Shown here: positions 1 to 10,006 of the stretch, piece after piece
How positions within the stretch are numbered: position 1 is the stretch's first letter
How the letters are laid out: each line of letters starts with the position of its first letter
Source of the DNA: Actinomycetota bacterium
GTDB lineage: Bacteria; Actinomycetota; Actinomycetes; JACCUZ01
NCBI GenBank assembly: GCA_030841185.1
Contig: JAVEDB010000181.1
Span: 1-61,072, forward strand
Length of the DNA: 61,072 nt
Direction of reading: 5' to 3'
Made by a program: the position numbers and the translations under genes
Notes under the pieces: model-generated
What the model was told of the DNA's origin: nothing
Databases searched by the model: none
Seen by the model: only the letters and a program-made list of their open reading frames with translations

Positions 1-465
1 GCGTTCTACCGGGACGTCCTCGGGTTCTCGCCCATCTCCTCGATGGCGGAGCTGCCCGGCGCCGCGTTCCTGCAGGCGCCCGGATCCACGAACGACCACG
101 ACCTCGGCCTGTTCGAGGTCGGTGCCGCAGCGGGACCGTCCCTGGCCGGCCGCGGGACCGTTGGCCTCTACCACCTCGCGTGGGAGGTCGACACCCTGAA
201 CGAGCTCGAGCGGGTGCGTGACTCGCTGGCCGCTGCCGGGGCGCTCGGTGGGTCGAGCGACCACGGGACCACCAAGAGCCTCTACGGCAAGGACCCGGAC
301 GGGCTCGAGTTCGAGATCGTCTGGCTGATCCCGGCCGACCTGCTCGACGACGCCGCGATCGAGGGCCGGTCGCGCATCGGCCGCCTCGACCTCGAGCGGG
401 AGAAGGCCCGGTTCGGCGCGGACACCCCCGGCGGCATCGGCATCTCCTCCCCCGCCCGGTCGTAA
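1..465 (+). CDS. VOC/glyoxalase-family protein (5' end cut by window edge)
   Basis: Frame-1 reading frame is open from nt 1 (AFYRDVLGFS...), with stop TAA at 463-465. The FYRDVLGF and HLAWEV motifs are typical of the glyoxalase/dioxygenase fold. Confidence 0.7.
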   Translation, partial: AFYRDVLGFSPISSMAELPGAAFLQAPGSTNDHDLGLFEVGAAAGPSLAGRGTVGLYHLAWEVDTLNELERVRDSLAAAGALGGSSDHGTTKSLYGKDPDGLEFEIVWLIPADLLDDAAIEGRSRIGRLDLEREKARFGADTPGGIGISSPARS

Positions 466-471
466 CAACCG

Positions 472-2478
472 CTAGGGCATGGCTGCAGACGAGGACGCGG
501 CGGTCGCGGAGGCCGCCGCGGCGGACGCACCCGTGGCCGACCCGGGAGTGACTCCCGGCGTCGCGAGCATCGGCACCTGCAGACACTCGTCCGGGATCCC
601 GAAGGCGTCGACGAGGACCTCGGCGTGCGGGCGAAGTCGCTTGCACAGCTCGTTGACGGCCTTCGTGATGGCCTTGGCCTGCCGGCCGGTGAACCGGCCG
701 TGCTCGAGGAACCAGGCCCGGTCGTCTTCGAGGTTGCTCAGCACGAAGAGGTCGCAGACCCGTTCCAGCAAGGCCTTGGAGGACGCCTCCTCGCAGCGGT
801 CGATCGCCGCGACGAACGCCTCGAGGACCACCCGGTCGACGTGCACCCGGGCCGCGAGCAGGAGGTGGTCCTGGGCGGCGTTGAACGCCTCGAACGGGTC
901 CGCCGATCCGGATCCCGCGCGCCGCAGCCGTCGCGCCAAGCCGTCGACGACATGCTTCTCGCGCCACTCGAAGAGCGAGAGCTGGTAGCCGCGGTCGTAG
1001 AGGTCGGCATCCTCGTCGCGGCCGGGAGCCGCGGCGACCAGTCGCTGGACCAACGCCCGCGCGGCGGTGCGCTCGATCACCGCTTCGACCACCTGGTCGG
1101 CGACGAACCGCACCGTGCCCAACGTGTCGAGCTCACCGAAGTGGTCGCGGTAGCGCGTCAGGAGACCCTTGGCCACGAGCTGCATGAGGACCGTGTTGTC
1201 GCCCTCGAACGTGGTGAACACGTCGCTGTCGGCCTTGAGCTGAGGGAGCAGGTTCTCCGAGAGGTACCCGGCGCCGCCGCAGGCCTCACGGCAGGCCTGG
1301 ATCGTCGCCGTCGCGTGCCACGTCGTCACCGCCTTGATCCCGGCAGCACGCGTCTCGAGCTCGCGCTGGGCATGGTCGTCGGCGGGACGCCCGATCGCGT
1401 CCTGCAGGGCAGCGACCATCTCGCCCTGTGCGAACAGCAGGGCATAACTCTTGGCCAACGCGGGCAGCAGCCGCCGCTGATGGGCGAGGTAGTCGAGCAC
1501 GATCACCTCTTCCTCCGCGCCCGGCGGGCGGAACTGGCGGCGGCGCCCGCCGTAGCGCACGGCCAGCGCGAGTGCGGCCCGCGCGGCCGCGCCGGCACCG
1601 CCGGAGACGCTGATGCGGCCCTGCACGAGGGTGCCCAGCATCGTGAAGAACCGCTTGTTCTCGTTCTCGATCGGACTCGTGTAGGTGCCGTCCGGCGCCA
1701 CGTCGCCGTAGCGGTTCAGCAATGCCTCGACCGGCACCCGGACGTCGGTGAAGGTGATCCGGCCGTTGTCCACCCCGTTGAGGCCGGCCTTGTGGCCGCA
1801 GTCCTCGATGTCAACGCCGTCGCACAGCTGGCCCTGCTCGTCGCGGATGGGCACGAGGAAGGCGTGTACGCCGTGCGAGGTGCCCTTCGTCACCAGCTGC
1901 GCGAACACCGCCGCCATCCGGCCGTCGCGAGCCGCGTTGCCGATGTAGTCCTTGCGCGACAGCTCATCCGGTGTCGTGAGGACGAAGCACTGCGACTCCT
2001 CGTCGTACGTCGCCGTCGTCCCGATCGCCTGGACGTCCGAGCCGTGGCCGGTCTCGGTCATCGCGAAGCAGCCCGGCAGCTCCAGCGACAGGATCGCCGG
2101 GAGGTAGCGCTCGTGGTGCCGCTCCGTACCGAGGTGCAGGACAGCGCCCCCGAACAGGCCCCACTGGACGCCGGCCTTCACCTGCAGTGAGAGGTCGGCG
2201 TAGGCGAGCATCTCGAACCCCGTCACCGAGCCACCGACGTCGCTCTTCCCGCCGTACCGCTCGGGATAGCCATGTCCGGCGTGACCGCTTTCCGCGAGCA
2301 CCCGCGCTTGCTGCAGCACCCGCTCCCGGTGCGCCTCCATGTCCAGCCCGACCACCGGACGGAAGTCGTCGCGCCGGAGGTAGCCACGGGTCCGTTCGCG
2401 CGCGTCGTGGAAGCGACCGTCCAGAGACCGCAACAGCGCGTCGCTGTCGATGGCGGCGGGGAGAGGGCGGATGCTCAT
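472..2478 (-). CDS. Acyl-CoA dehydrogenase/oxidase family protein (long ACOX-type, FadE5-like)
   Basis: 668-aa ORF. It carries CFAMTETGHGSD and a long C-terminal ACOX-like helical region. Its ATG (2478) overlaps the TetR stop by 4 nt. Confidence 0.85.
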   Translation of the reverse strand: MSIRPLPAAIDSDALLRSLDGRFHDARERTRGYLRRDDFRPVVGLDMEAHRERVLQQARVLAESGHAGHGYPERYGGKSDVGGSVTGFEMLAYADLSLQVKAGVQWGLFGGAVLHLGTERHHERYLPAILSLELPGCFAMTETGHGSDVQAIGTTATYDEESQCFVLTTPDELSRKDYIGNAARDGRMAAVFAQLVTKGTSHGVHAFLVPIRDEQGQLCDGVDIEDCGHKAGLNGVDNGRITFTDVRVPVEALLNRYGDVAPDGTYTSPIENENKRFFTMLGTLVQGRISVSGGAGAAARAALALAVRYGGRRRQFRPPGAEEEVIVLDYLAHQRRLLPALAKSYALLFAQGEMVAALQDAIGRPADDHAQRELETRAAGIKAVTTWHATATIQACREACGGAGYLSENLLPQLKADSDVFTTFEGDNTVLMQLVAKGLLTRYRDHFGELDTLGTVRFVADQVVEAVIERTAARALVQRLVAAAPGRDEDADLYDRGYQLSLFEWREKHVVDGLARRLRRAGSGSADPFEAFNAAQDHLLLAARVHVDRVVLEAFVAAIDRCEEASSKALLERVCDLFVLSNLEDDRAWFLEHGRFTGRQAKAITKAVNELCKRLRPHAEVLVDAFGIPDECLQVPMLATPGVTPGSATGASAAAASATAASSSAAMP

Positions 2479-3176
2479 GCGCGGCTCCTACCGGAAGCGG
2501 TGGGCTCGTCCGGACGGCTGGCGGACGCGACGATGCCGGCCAGCCCGCTCCAGGCGAGATCGGTGAGATGGTCACACAGGTCCCGACGGGTCATCGCAGA
2601 GGCATGGTCCAGCCAGTGGTCGGCGGCCGCACGCACCATGCCGACGATGCCGTGGCCCCAGGGGCCGGCCGGTGCGGTCGGCAGCCCCGCCTCCGCGAGC
2701 GCCGCGGCGATGAGCGTCGCGACGTGCTCACCCACCAGTGCGCTCAGACCGCGCACCGGGTCGGTGGCCTCGGCGGAGTCGGCGAGCGGGCGGTGCACGA
2801 CGAACCGGTAGAGCTCCGGGTCTGCCTCGATCACCCGCAGGTAGGCATCGATGGCGGCGGCCAGCCGGCGACGCGGGTCGGACTCCTCGCGCAGGGCGGC
2901 ACCGAGCTGGTCGATCAGATAGTCCGAGACCCGCGTGCACACGGCGAGGTAGAGCGCTCGGCGGTCGGCGAAGTAGCGGTAGACGGCCGCCTTGCTGGTG
3001 CCCGCGGCCGCCGCCACGTCGTCCATGCCGACGGCCGGGCCGTGTTCCCGGACGGCGGCGATCGCGGCGTCGACGAGCTGAACGGCCCGGGTGCGTCGGT
3101 GGCCTTCCCAGCGGGTACGCCGTCCATCGGGCACGACCGCGTCGGCGGCCGCCCCGCTCGTCGTACCGGACATCAT
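2475..3176 (-). CDS. TetR-family transcriptional regulator
   Basis: HTH region VDAAIAAVREHGPAVGMDDVAAAAGTSKAAVYRYFADRRALY. I placed the start at the ATGATG at 3176/3173 rather than the 3428 ORF start. It is divergent from the thiolase gene. Confidence 0.8.
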   Translation of the reverse strand: MMSGTTSGAAADAVVPDGRRTRWEGHRRTRAVQLVDAAIAAVREHGPAVGMDDVAAAAGTSKAAVYRYFADRRALYLAVCTRVSDYLIDQLGAALREESDPRRRLAAAIDAYLRVIEADPELYRFVVHRPLADSAEATDPVRGLSALVGEHVATLIAAALAEAGLPTAPAGPWGHGIVGMVRAAADHWLDHASAMTRRDLCDHLTDLAWSGLAGIVASASRPDEPTASGRSRA

Positions 3177-3177
3177 G

Positions 3178-3212
3178 GGACTGACGGTACCTGATACCGT
3201 GGGTACCAGTCC
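3178..3212. promoter_or_regulatory. Candidate TetR operator (nested palindrome) in the divergent intergenic region
   Basis: GGACTG-ACGGTA-cctga-TACCGT-gggtac-CAGTCC. The inner 6-bp arms are ACGGTA (3184-3189) and TACCGT (3195-3200). The outer arms are GGACTG and CAGTCC. It lies between the TetR start (3176) and the thiolase start (3240). Confidence 0.4.
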
Positions 3213-3239
3213 AACCCGACGCCCTTCCGGAGGAAAGTC

Positions 3240-4535
3240 ATGGCATCGACCGTCCGGCGGGCCGCCATCCTCGGCGGCAACCGCATCCCGTTCGCCCGCA
3301 CGAACGGGCCCTACGCCAGGGCGTCCAACCAGGACATGCTCACCGCCACCCTCGACGGCCTGGTGGCCCGCTTCGGGCTGCAGGGCGAACGGGTGGGTGA
3401 GGTCGCCGCGGGCGCGGTGCTCAAGCACAGCCGCGACTACAACCTGACCCGCGAGGCCGTGCTCGGCAGTGCGCTCTCGCCCTGGACGCCGGCGTACGAC
3501 GTCCAGCAGGCCTGCGGCACCGGGCTGGAGACCGCGATCCTCGTCGCCAACAAGATCGCGCTGCGCCAGCTGGAGTCCGGCGTCGCGGCCGGGGTCGACT
3601 CCGCGAGCGACGCCCCGATCGCCGTCGGCGAGGACCTGCGACAGGTCCTGCTGGAGCTCAACCGGGCCCGGTCACCCAAGGCCCGATTGGCCGCGCTCGC
3701 CCGGCTGCGGCCGAGCGCCCTGCGGCCCGAGATCCCGCGCAACGGCGAGCCCCGCACCGGGCTCTCGATGGGCGAGCACGCGGCCAGCACCGCCGTGCAG
3801 TGGCAGATCAGCCGCGAGGCGCAGGACGAGCTCACGATGGCGAGCCACCGACACCTCGCGGCGGCGTATGACAGCGGCTTCTTCGACGAGCTCGTCACGC
3901 CGTACCTCGGCCTGAGCCGCGACCAGAACCTGCGACCGGACTCGTCCATGGAGTCCCTGGCTCGGCTCAAGCCTGTCTTCGGCACCCGCCTCGGCGACGG
4001 CACGCAGGCAACGATGACCGCGGGAAACTCGACCCCGCTCTCGGACGGAGCGTCAGCCGTCCTGCTTGCGAGTGCCGACTGGGCCGCGCAGCACAACCTG
4101 CCGGTGCAGGCCTATCTGGTCGACGCCGAAACCGCGGCCGTCGACTACGTGCACGGTGAAGAAGGCCTGCTGATGGCGCCGGCCTACGCCGTACCGAGGC
4201 TGCTCGCGCGCAACGGGCTCGCGCTGCAGGACTTCGACTTCTACGAGATCCACGAGGCGTTCGCCTCCACCGTGCTCGCAACGCTCGCGGCCTGGGAGGA
4301 CCCCGAGTTCTGCAAGCAGCGACTCGGCCTCGACGGGCCGCTCGGTGCCATCGACCGCGACCGCCTCAACGTCAACGGCTCGTCGCTCGCCGCCGGTCAC
4401 CCGTTCGCGGCAACCGGCGGGCGCATCGTCGCCACCCTGGCGCGGCTGCTGAAGGAGAAGGGCAGCGGTCGCGGACTGATCTCGATCTGTGCCGCGGGTG
4501 GGCAAGGCGTCGTCGCGATCCTGGAGGCGGCGTGA
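3240..4535 (+). CDS. Acetyl-CoA C-acyltransferase (thiolase, FadA2-like)
   Basis: 431 aa. Thiolase motifs are QACGTG (active-site Cys region) and a C-terminal ICAAGGQG. SD GGAGG lies 6 nt upstream of the ATG. Confidence 0.9.
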   Translation: MASTVRRAAILGGNRIPFARTNGPYARASNQDMLTATLDGLVARFGLQGERVGEVAAGAVLKHSRDYNLTREAVLGSALSPWTPAYDVQQACGTGLETAILVANKIALRQLESGVAAGVDSASDAPIAVGEDLRQVLLELNRARSPKARLAALARLRPSALRPEIPRNGEPRTGLSMGEHAASTAVQWQISREAQDELTMASHRHLAAAYDSGFFDELVTPYLGLSRDQNLRPDSSMESLARLKPVFGTRLGDGTQATMTAGNSTPLSDGASAVLLASADWAAQHNLPVQAYLVDAETAAVDYVHGEEGLLMAPAYAVPRLLARNGLALQDFDFYEIHEAFASTVLATLAAWEDPEFCKQRLGLDGPLGAIDRDRLNVNGSSLAAGHPFAATGGRIVATLARLLKEKGSGRGLISICAAGGQGVVAILEAA

Positions 4536-5875
4536 GCGACCGCTACCGCGACCTGACCCTCTCGCCGGTCGGCCGGCGGGTCACCAAGACGCTGGGCCTG
4601 CCCCGGCCGGCAGTGCTCCGGCGCTACACGCCTGGAGAGCCGCTCTTGCCGGGGCCGGCCCTGCTGGCGTCGTCCGGGGGCGCCCTCGGTGAGGTGCTGG
4701 CCAGGACACTCGATGCCGCCGGTGTCGAGCTGCACGCCGCCGACGACGGCACCCGAGAGTTCGCGGCTCTGGTGTTCGACGCCACGGGTGTGGAGTCCGT
4801 AGCCGACCTTGCCGAACTGCACGCCACGTTGTCCCCGGCGCTGCGCCACCTCGGGCCGAGTGGTCGGCTGCTGGTGCTGAGCCGACCCGCCGGCACGGCG
4901 ACCTCGGCCGCGGTCGGCGCCGCCCGGCAGGCGCTGGACGGGCTGGTGCGTTCACTGGCCAAGGAGCTGCGGGCCGGGGGCACCGCGAACCTGGTCACGG
5001 TCGAGGAGGGCGCCGAGCAGGCACTGGAGTCGACGCTGCGGTTCTTCCTGTCCGGCCGCTCCGCGTTCGTGTCCGGCCAGGTCGTGGCAGTGACCACGGC
5101 AGACCGGGACCGGGCGGCGGCGCCTGAGGACTGGGACCGCCCGCTGACCGGCCGGGTGGCCGTGGTGACCGGTGCCGCCCAGGGCATCGGCGCCGCAATC
5201 GCGTCCTGCCTCTCCCGGGACGGAGCCCACGTGGTGTGCGCCGACCTGCCGGCACAGGGAGAGCGACTGGCCGGCGTCGCGAACCAGGTCGGTGGGACCG
5301 CACTGCAGGTGGACATCACGTCCGACCGCGCAGCCCAGCGCATCAGCGAGCACGCCGTCGGGCGGCACGGCCGTCTCGACATCGTCGTGCACAACGCGGG
5401 CATCACCCGGGACCGGTTGTTCGCGAACATGGACGACGCGACCTGGCGGTCGGTCCTCGCCGTGAACCTCGACGCGCAGCTGCGGATCAACGCCGGCCTG
5501 CTCGATGAGCACATCCTCGGCGCCGATTCGCGGATCATCGCCGCGTCGTCGACGAGCGGGATCGCGGGAAACCGGGGACAGGCGAACTACGCGGCGAGCA
5601 AGGCGGGCATCATCGGCATGGTGCGGACATCGGCGCCGGACCTGGCGGGAGTGGGCGGCACCATCAACGCGGTGGCGCCCGGCTTCATCGAGACGGAGAT
5701 GACGGCGGCCATGCCCTTCGCCGTACGCGAGGTCGCCCGGCGCATCAACAGCCTGAAGCAGGGCGGTCTGCCGGTGGACGTGGCCGAGACGATCTGCTGG
5801 CTGAGCCAGGCCGCCAGCGGTGGTCTCAACGGGCAGGTCGTCCGGGTCTGTGGTCAGAACCTCGTCGGCGCCTGA
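4532..5875 (+). CDS. Two-domain SDR, 3-oxoacyl-(ACP/CoA) reductase (FabG4-like)
   Basis: 447 aa. The C-terminal half has VTGAAQGIGAAI and YAASKAG (YxxxK), and the N-terminal half looks like a pseudo-SDR. The start overlaps the thiolase stop by 4 nt. Confidence 0.85.
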   Translation: MSDRYRDLTLSPVGRRVTKTLGLPRPAVLRRYTPGEPLLPGPALLASSGGALGEVLARTLDAAGVELHAADDGTREFAALVFDATGVESVADLAELHATLSPALRHLGPSGRLLVLSRPAGTATSAAVGAARQALDGLVRSLAKELRAGGTANLVTVEEGAEQALESTLRFFLSGRSAFVSGQVVAVTTADRDRAAAPEDWDRPLTGRVAVVTGAAQGIGAAIASCLSRDGAHVVCADLPAQGERLAGVANQVGGTALQVDITSDRAAQRISEHAVGRHGRLDIVVHNAGITRDRLFANMDDATWRSVLAVNLDAQLRINAGLLDEHILGADSRIIAASSTSGIAGNRGQANYAASKAGIIGMVRTSAPDLAGVGGTINAVAPGFIETEMTAAMPFAVREVARRINSLKQGGLPVDVAETICWLSQAASGGLNGQVVRVCGQNLVGA

Positions 5876-5885
5876 CGTGACCGGC

Positions 5886-6740
5886 ATGGCAGCCACGGAC
5901 GGCCTCGGGAGGCTCTACGCGCGCGCTCTGACGTCAGGTCTGCGTCGGCACCGCGACGGTAGATCGGAGGCACCTCCGACGCCGGTCAGCCGCGAGCTGA
6001 CTGTGGATGTCGACCGGCTCGCGGACTACAGCCGGGTGTGCGGTTATCGGCTCGGCTCGACGCTGCCGCCGACCTATCCGCACGTGCTCGCGTTCCCGCA
6101 GCAGCTCGCCCTGATGACAGACCCGGCGTTCCCGTTCGGCACCGCCGGCTTGGTGCACATCGGCAACGCGCTGACCGTGCACCGCCCGCTCCCCGTCGAC
6201 CGGTCCCTCGCCCTTACGGTCTCGGTCGGTCCGGTGTCCGCGCATCATCGTGGCGCCCAGGTCGAGCTGGTCACCGAGGTCCGGCAGGACGACACGATCG
6301 CGTGGGAGTCGACGAGCACCTACCTGTCCCGGGGCGCGTCCGCACCGGGAGGCGCAACGGTCGCCGGCAAGGAACCGGTCGACGGGCCCACGCCGCCTCC
6401 GATGCCCACTGCGACCTGGCGGGTGCCGGCCGACATCGGGCGCCGCTACGCCAAGGTCTCCGGTGACTTCAACCCGATCCACCTGCACCCGCTGACTGCG
6501 CGCGCGTTCGGCTTCCCGGGCGCGATCGCCCACGGCATGTGGGTCAAGGCACATGCGCTCGCGGCATTGGAGGGACGCCTGCCCGAGTCCTACCGCGTCG
6601 ACGTGGCGTTCCGGAAACCGCTGACCATCCCGGGGACGGTCCGGTTCAGCGCGGTTGCCGCGGACCGGGGCTGGGACCTCGGCGTCTGGCCCGGCTCGGG
6701 CGAGAGGGCGCACCTGCTGGGCACCGTTCGACCCACGTGA
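5886..6740 (+). CDS. MaoC-like (R)-specific enoyl-CoA hydratase/dehydratase (HtdX-like)
   Basis: Hot-dog/MaoC motif YAKVSGDFNPIHL...AIAHGM. I chose the ATG at 5886, in frame with the 5820 track ORF and just after the SDR stop. Confidence 0.8.
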   Translation: MAATDGLGRLYARALTSGLRRHRDGRSEAPPTPVSRELTVDVDRLADYSRVCGYRLGSTLPPTYPHVLAFPQQLALMTDPAFPFGTAGLVHIGNALTVHRPLPVDRSLALTVSVGPVSAHHRGAQVELVTEVRQDDTIAWESTSTYLSRGASAPGGATVAGKEPVDGPTPPPMPTATWRVPADIGRRYAKVSGDFNPIHLHPLTARAFGFPGAIAHGMWVKAHALAALEGRLPESYRVDVAFRKPLTIPGTVRFSAVAADRGWDLGVWPGSGERAHLLGTVRPT

Positions 6741-7933
6741 CCACTGCCGCCGTGGGGCCCGACAGACGGCCGCGCCTCAGCGGCGTCGACGCGACACGAG
6801 GCCTCGCACTGCTCGGGATGATGGCGGTCCACGTGCTCCCGGAACGCGACCCGGACGGCAGTGTCTCCACGTCGTACCTCATCGCGGCCGGACGCTCCGC
6901 CGCGACCTTCGCGGTGATGGCTGGTGTCGGGCTGGCACTGCTCACCGGAGGGACCCGCCCGCCTTCGGGGCGGCCCTGGGCGTCGGCGGGCGCGGGGCTC
7001 GCCGTACGAGCGCTGGCGATCGGTGCGATCGGTTTCGCGATCGGCTACGCCCACTCCGGGGTGGCGGTGATCCTGCCTTACTACGCCGTGCTGTTCCTGC
7101 TCGCCGTACCGCTGCTCCCCCTGCGGACCCGCACGCTCGCCGCCCTCGGACTGCTCATCGCCATCGTCGTGCCCGTGGTGAGCTTCCTCATCCGCGACGT
7201 GGACAAGCCGCCGTTCCTCGGGGCCAACCTGACGTTCGGCCACCTGCGCGACTCACCGGGGACCGTCCTCGAGGAGCTGGCGCTCACCGGCTACTACCCC
7301 GCGCTGGCGTGGACGGCCTACCTGTGCGCGGGGCTGGCGGCCGGTCGCCTCGACCTGCTCCGCAAGCGGGTGGCGCTCGGCCTGCTCGTCGGCGGGGCCA
7401 CCGTGGCGATCGTGGCCGCCGCCACGTCGTGGGGGCTGCTCGGCCCACTCGGCGGCCGCGACCAGCTGGCGGCGACGCTGAGCCGGCCACAGGACGTCGC
7501 AGCGATTGACCGGATGCTGGCCGAGGGGCAGTTCGGCAACGTGCCCAGGACGTCCTGGTGGTGGCTCGCCGTCGACTCCCCGCACGCGAGCACACCTCTG
7601 GACCTCCTGCACACCTCCGGGGTGGCCATCGCGCTGCTCGGCGCGATGCTGCTCCTCGCCCGCCAGACCTGGGGCCGGCGCGTGATGACGCCGGTCGCGG
7701 CGGCGGGCAGCATGACGTTGACGCTCTACACCGCACACGTCCTGCTGCTCGCCTCGGGCTGGCTCCCGGCCGACCCCGAGATCTCGTACGCCGTGCAGGT
7801 GGTGGCCGTCCTGGTGGCCGCGACGGTGTGGCGTCGGCTGCTGGGACGTGGACCGCTCGAGCGGGCCGTCGCCTCGCTCGCCGGCCGGGCGCGGGACGCG
7901 GTCCGCCAGGTAGGTTGGGTGGCGCCGGACTGA
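6737..7933 (+). CDS. DUF1624/DUF418-type membrane protein (putative acyltransferase family)
   Basis: RLSGVDATRGLALLGMMAVHVL followed by many TM segments. The GTG at 6737 overlaps the upstream stop (GTGA). Confidence 0.6.
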   Translation: MTTAAVGPDRRPRLSGVDATRGLALLGMMAVHVLPERDPDGSVSTSYLIAAGRSAATFAVMAGVGLALLTGGTRPPSGRPWASAGAGLAVRALAIGAIGFAIGYAHSGVAVILPYYAVLFLLAVPLLPLRTRTLAALGLLIAIVVPVVSFLIRDVDKPPFLGANLTFGHLRDSPGTVLEELALTGYYPALAWTAYLCAGLAAGRLDLLRKRVALGLLVGGATVAIVAAATSWGLLGPLGGRDQLAATLSRPQDVAAIDRMLAEGQFGNVPRTSWWWLAVDSPHASTPLDLLHTSGVAIALLGAMLLLARQTWGRRVMTPVAAAGSMTLTLYTAHVLLLASGWLPADPEISYAVQVVAVLVAATVWRRLLGRGPLERAVASLAGRARDAVRQVGWVAPD

Positions 7934-7967
7934 TCCCTCGGGCACGGCGGTCGACAAGGAGCCGGGT

Positions 7968-9209
7968 GTGACGAGCAGCGACGAGCAAGGCGTGCTCGCG
8001 GCACTCCGACTGCTGCTGCACGCCAGCAAGCACGCCCGGGCCGACGACCTGCCGGGCCTGACGAGCGAGGCCGCCGCGTTGATCGGGGCCCGGACCGCCG
8101 TGCTCTACGTCGTGGACTACGACCAGGTCCAGCTGATTCCGCTGCTCGACGCCGAGCCGGTCGCCGACCCGGTGACCTTGCAGATCCGCGGCCCGGTGCC
8201 CGTCGAAGGAACGCTGGGTGGCCGCTGCTTCTCGGAGATCGCGGTGCAGGTCACGACGGGGACCGGCGACGGTGAGGTGGGCTGCAGCGTGTGGGTGCCC
8301 GTGCTCGACGGCACCGACCGGCTCGGCGTACTCGAGCTGGTCTTCGACGAGCCGGTCGACCTGGAGTCAGGGTTGCAGGAGGACGTCACCCTGCTGGCCG
8401 GCCTGATCGCGGAGCTCATCATGACGCGCAAGGCGCTCGGCGACTACATCGAACGCACCCGGCGGCGGTTGCCCATGCTCCTCGAAGCCGAGCTGCAGTG
8501 GAACCTGCTGCCACCTCTGACGTTCGCGGCGCCGCAGGTCTCGATCGCGGGCGTGCTGATGCCCACGACCGAGGTCGCGGGGGACTCGTTCGACTACGCG
8601 GTCAACGGCGACGTCGCGCACCTGGCAATCGTCGATGCCATGGGCCACGGCCTGGAAGCCACCTTGATGTCGGCGGTCGCGATCGGTGCCCTGCGCAATG
8701 CGCGACGGTCCGGACTCGACCTCATGGACACGGTCCGCTCCATGAACAAGCACGTCGCCGCCCAGTTCGGCGAGTCGAAGTTCGTCACCGCGATCATCGG
8801 CGAGCTGGACACCAGGAAGGGCGTGTGGACCTGGGTCAACGCCGGGCATCCGGCCGCCCTGGTCGTGCGCGGCGGACGTGTCGTGAAGGTGCTCGACTCG
8901 TGCATCAACCCTCCGCTGGGGCTGCAGCAGGACCGTCCCGCGGTCGGTGACGAGCGGCTCGAGCGTGGCGACCGACTCCTGCTCTACACCGACGGCGTCA
9001 TCGAGGCGCGGGACGAGTCCGGGGAGTTCTTCGGCCGGCAGCGCCTCGTCGACTTCATCTCCCGCGAGTCCGCCTCCGGCCGGCCCGCCGCCGAGACGCT
9101 GCGCCGGTTGAACATCGCGATCCTCAGCCACCAGGACGGGCTGCTCCAGGACGACGCCACGACGCTCATGGTCGAGTGGTCCGGCGAGGACGCGCGCCGC
9201 ATCGGCTAG
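7968..9209 (+). CDS. PP2C/SpoIIE-family serine phosphatase with N-terminal GAF-like sensor
   Basis: GDSFDY...DAMGHG...LLLYTDGVIEA...DDATTLMVEW are PPM/SpoIIE signatures. Confidence 0.8.
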   Translation: MTSSDEQGVLAALRLLLHASKHARADDLPGLTSEAAALIGARTAVLYVVDYDQVQLIPLLDAEPVADPVTLQIRGPVPVEGTLGGRCFSEIAVQVTTGTGDGEVGCSVWVPVLDGTDRLGVLELVFDEPVDLESGLQEDVTLLAGLIAELIMTRKALGDYIERTRRRLPMLLEAELQWNLLPPLTFAAPQVSIAGVLMPTTEVAGDSFDYAVNGDVAHLAIVDAMGHGLEATLMSAVAIGALRNARRSGLDLMDTVRSMNKHVAAQFGESKFVTAIIGELDTRKGVWTWVNAGHPAALVVRGGRVVKVLDSCINPPLGLQQDRPAVGDERLERGDRLLLYTDGVIEARDESGEFFGRQRLVDFISRESASGRPAAETLRRLNIAILSHQDGLLQDDATTLMVEWSGEDARRIG

Positions 9210-9216
9210 CCGTCTC

Positions 9217-9996
9217 ATGCGTATCGCGACCTGGAACGTCAACTCGATAGCAGCCCGGTTGCCGAGGCTGCTCGACTGGCTCGACTCGACTCGACCCGAT
9301 GCTGTCTGCCTGCAGGAGACCAAGATCCCGGACGACACGTTCCCCCGGGCCGAGGTCGAGGAGCTGGGATACGAGGTGGCCGCGCACGGGGACGGTCGCT
9401 GGAACGGTGTCGCCGTCCTGTCCCGGGTCGGGTTGGCGGACGTCACCCGTGGCCTGGTCGCGGAACCCGGGTTCCCGCACCCCGAGGCACGCGCGGTCGG
9501 CGCGACCTGCTCCGGCGTACGCCTGTGGTCGGTCTACGTCCCCAACGGGCGCGAGCCAGGGCACGAGCACTACGCGTACAAGCTGGCCTGGCTCGCAGCG
9601 CTGCGCGACACGGTCTCAGTCGAGTCCCCGGAGTCGTTGCCGTACGCCGTGTGTGGTGACTTCAACGTCGCCCCGACCGACGATGACGTCTGGGACCCTG
9701 CCGTGTTCACGGCCGCGACGCACGTGACACCTCCCGAGCGCAACGCGCTCGCAGAGCTGCGCGACCTCGGTCTGCACGACGTGGTTCCGCGCCCGTTGAA
9801 GTACGACCGCCCGTTCACCTACTGGGACTACCGCGCCGGGATGTTCCATCGCAACCTCGGGATGCGCATCGACCTCGTCTATGCCAGCAAGCCGTTGGCC
9901 GACGCAGTGGCCGATGCCTACGTGGACCGGGAAGCTCGCAAGGGCAAGGGCCCGTCGGATCACGCTCCGGTGGTTGTCGACATCGACCTGCCCTAG
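9217..9996 (+). CDS. xthA: Exodeoxyribonuclease III
   Basis: MRIATWNVNSI...CLQETK...GDFNVAP...SDHAPVVVDI are classic EEP/ExoIII motifs. Confidence 0.9.
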   Translation: MRIATWNVNSIAARLPRLLDWLDSTRPDAVCLQETKIPDDTFPRAEVEELGYEVAAHGDGRWNGVAVLSRVGLADVTRGLVAEPGFPHPEARAVGATCSGVRLWSVYVPNGREPGHEHYAYKLAWLAALRDTVSVESPESLPYAVCGDFNVAPTDDDVWDPAVFTAATHVTPPERNALAELRDLGLHDVVPRPLKYDRPFTYWDYRAGMFHRNLGMRIDLVYASKPLADAVADAYVDREARKGKGPSDHAPVVVDIDLP

Positions 9997-10006
9997 CATC
10001 GAGACC

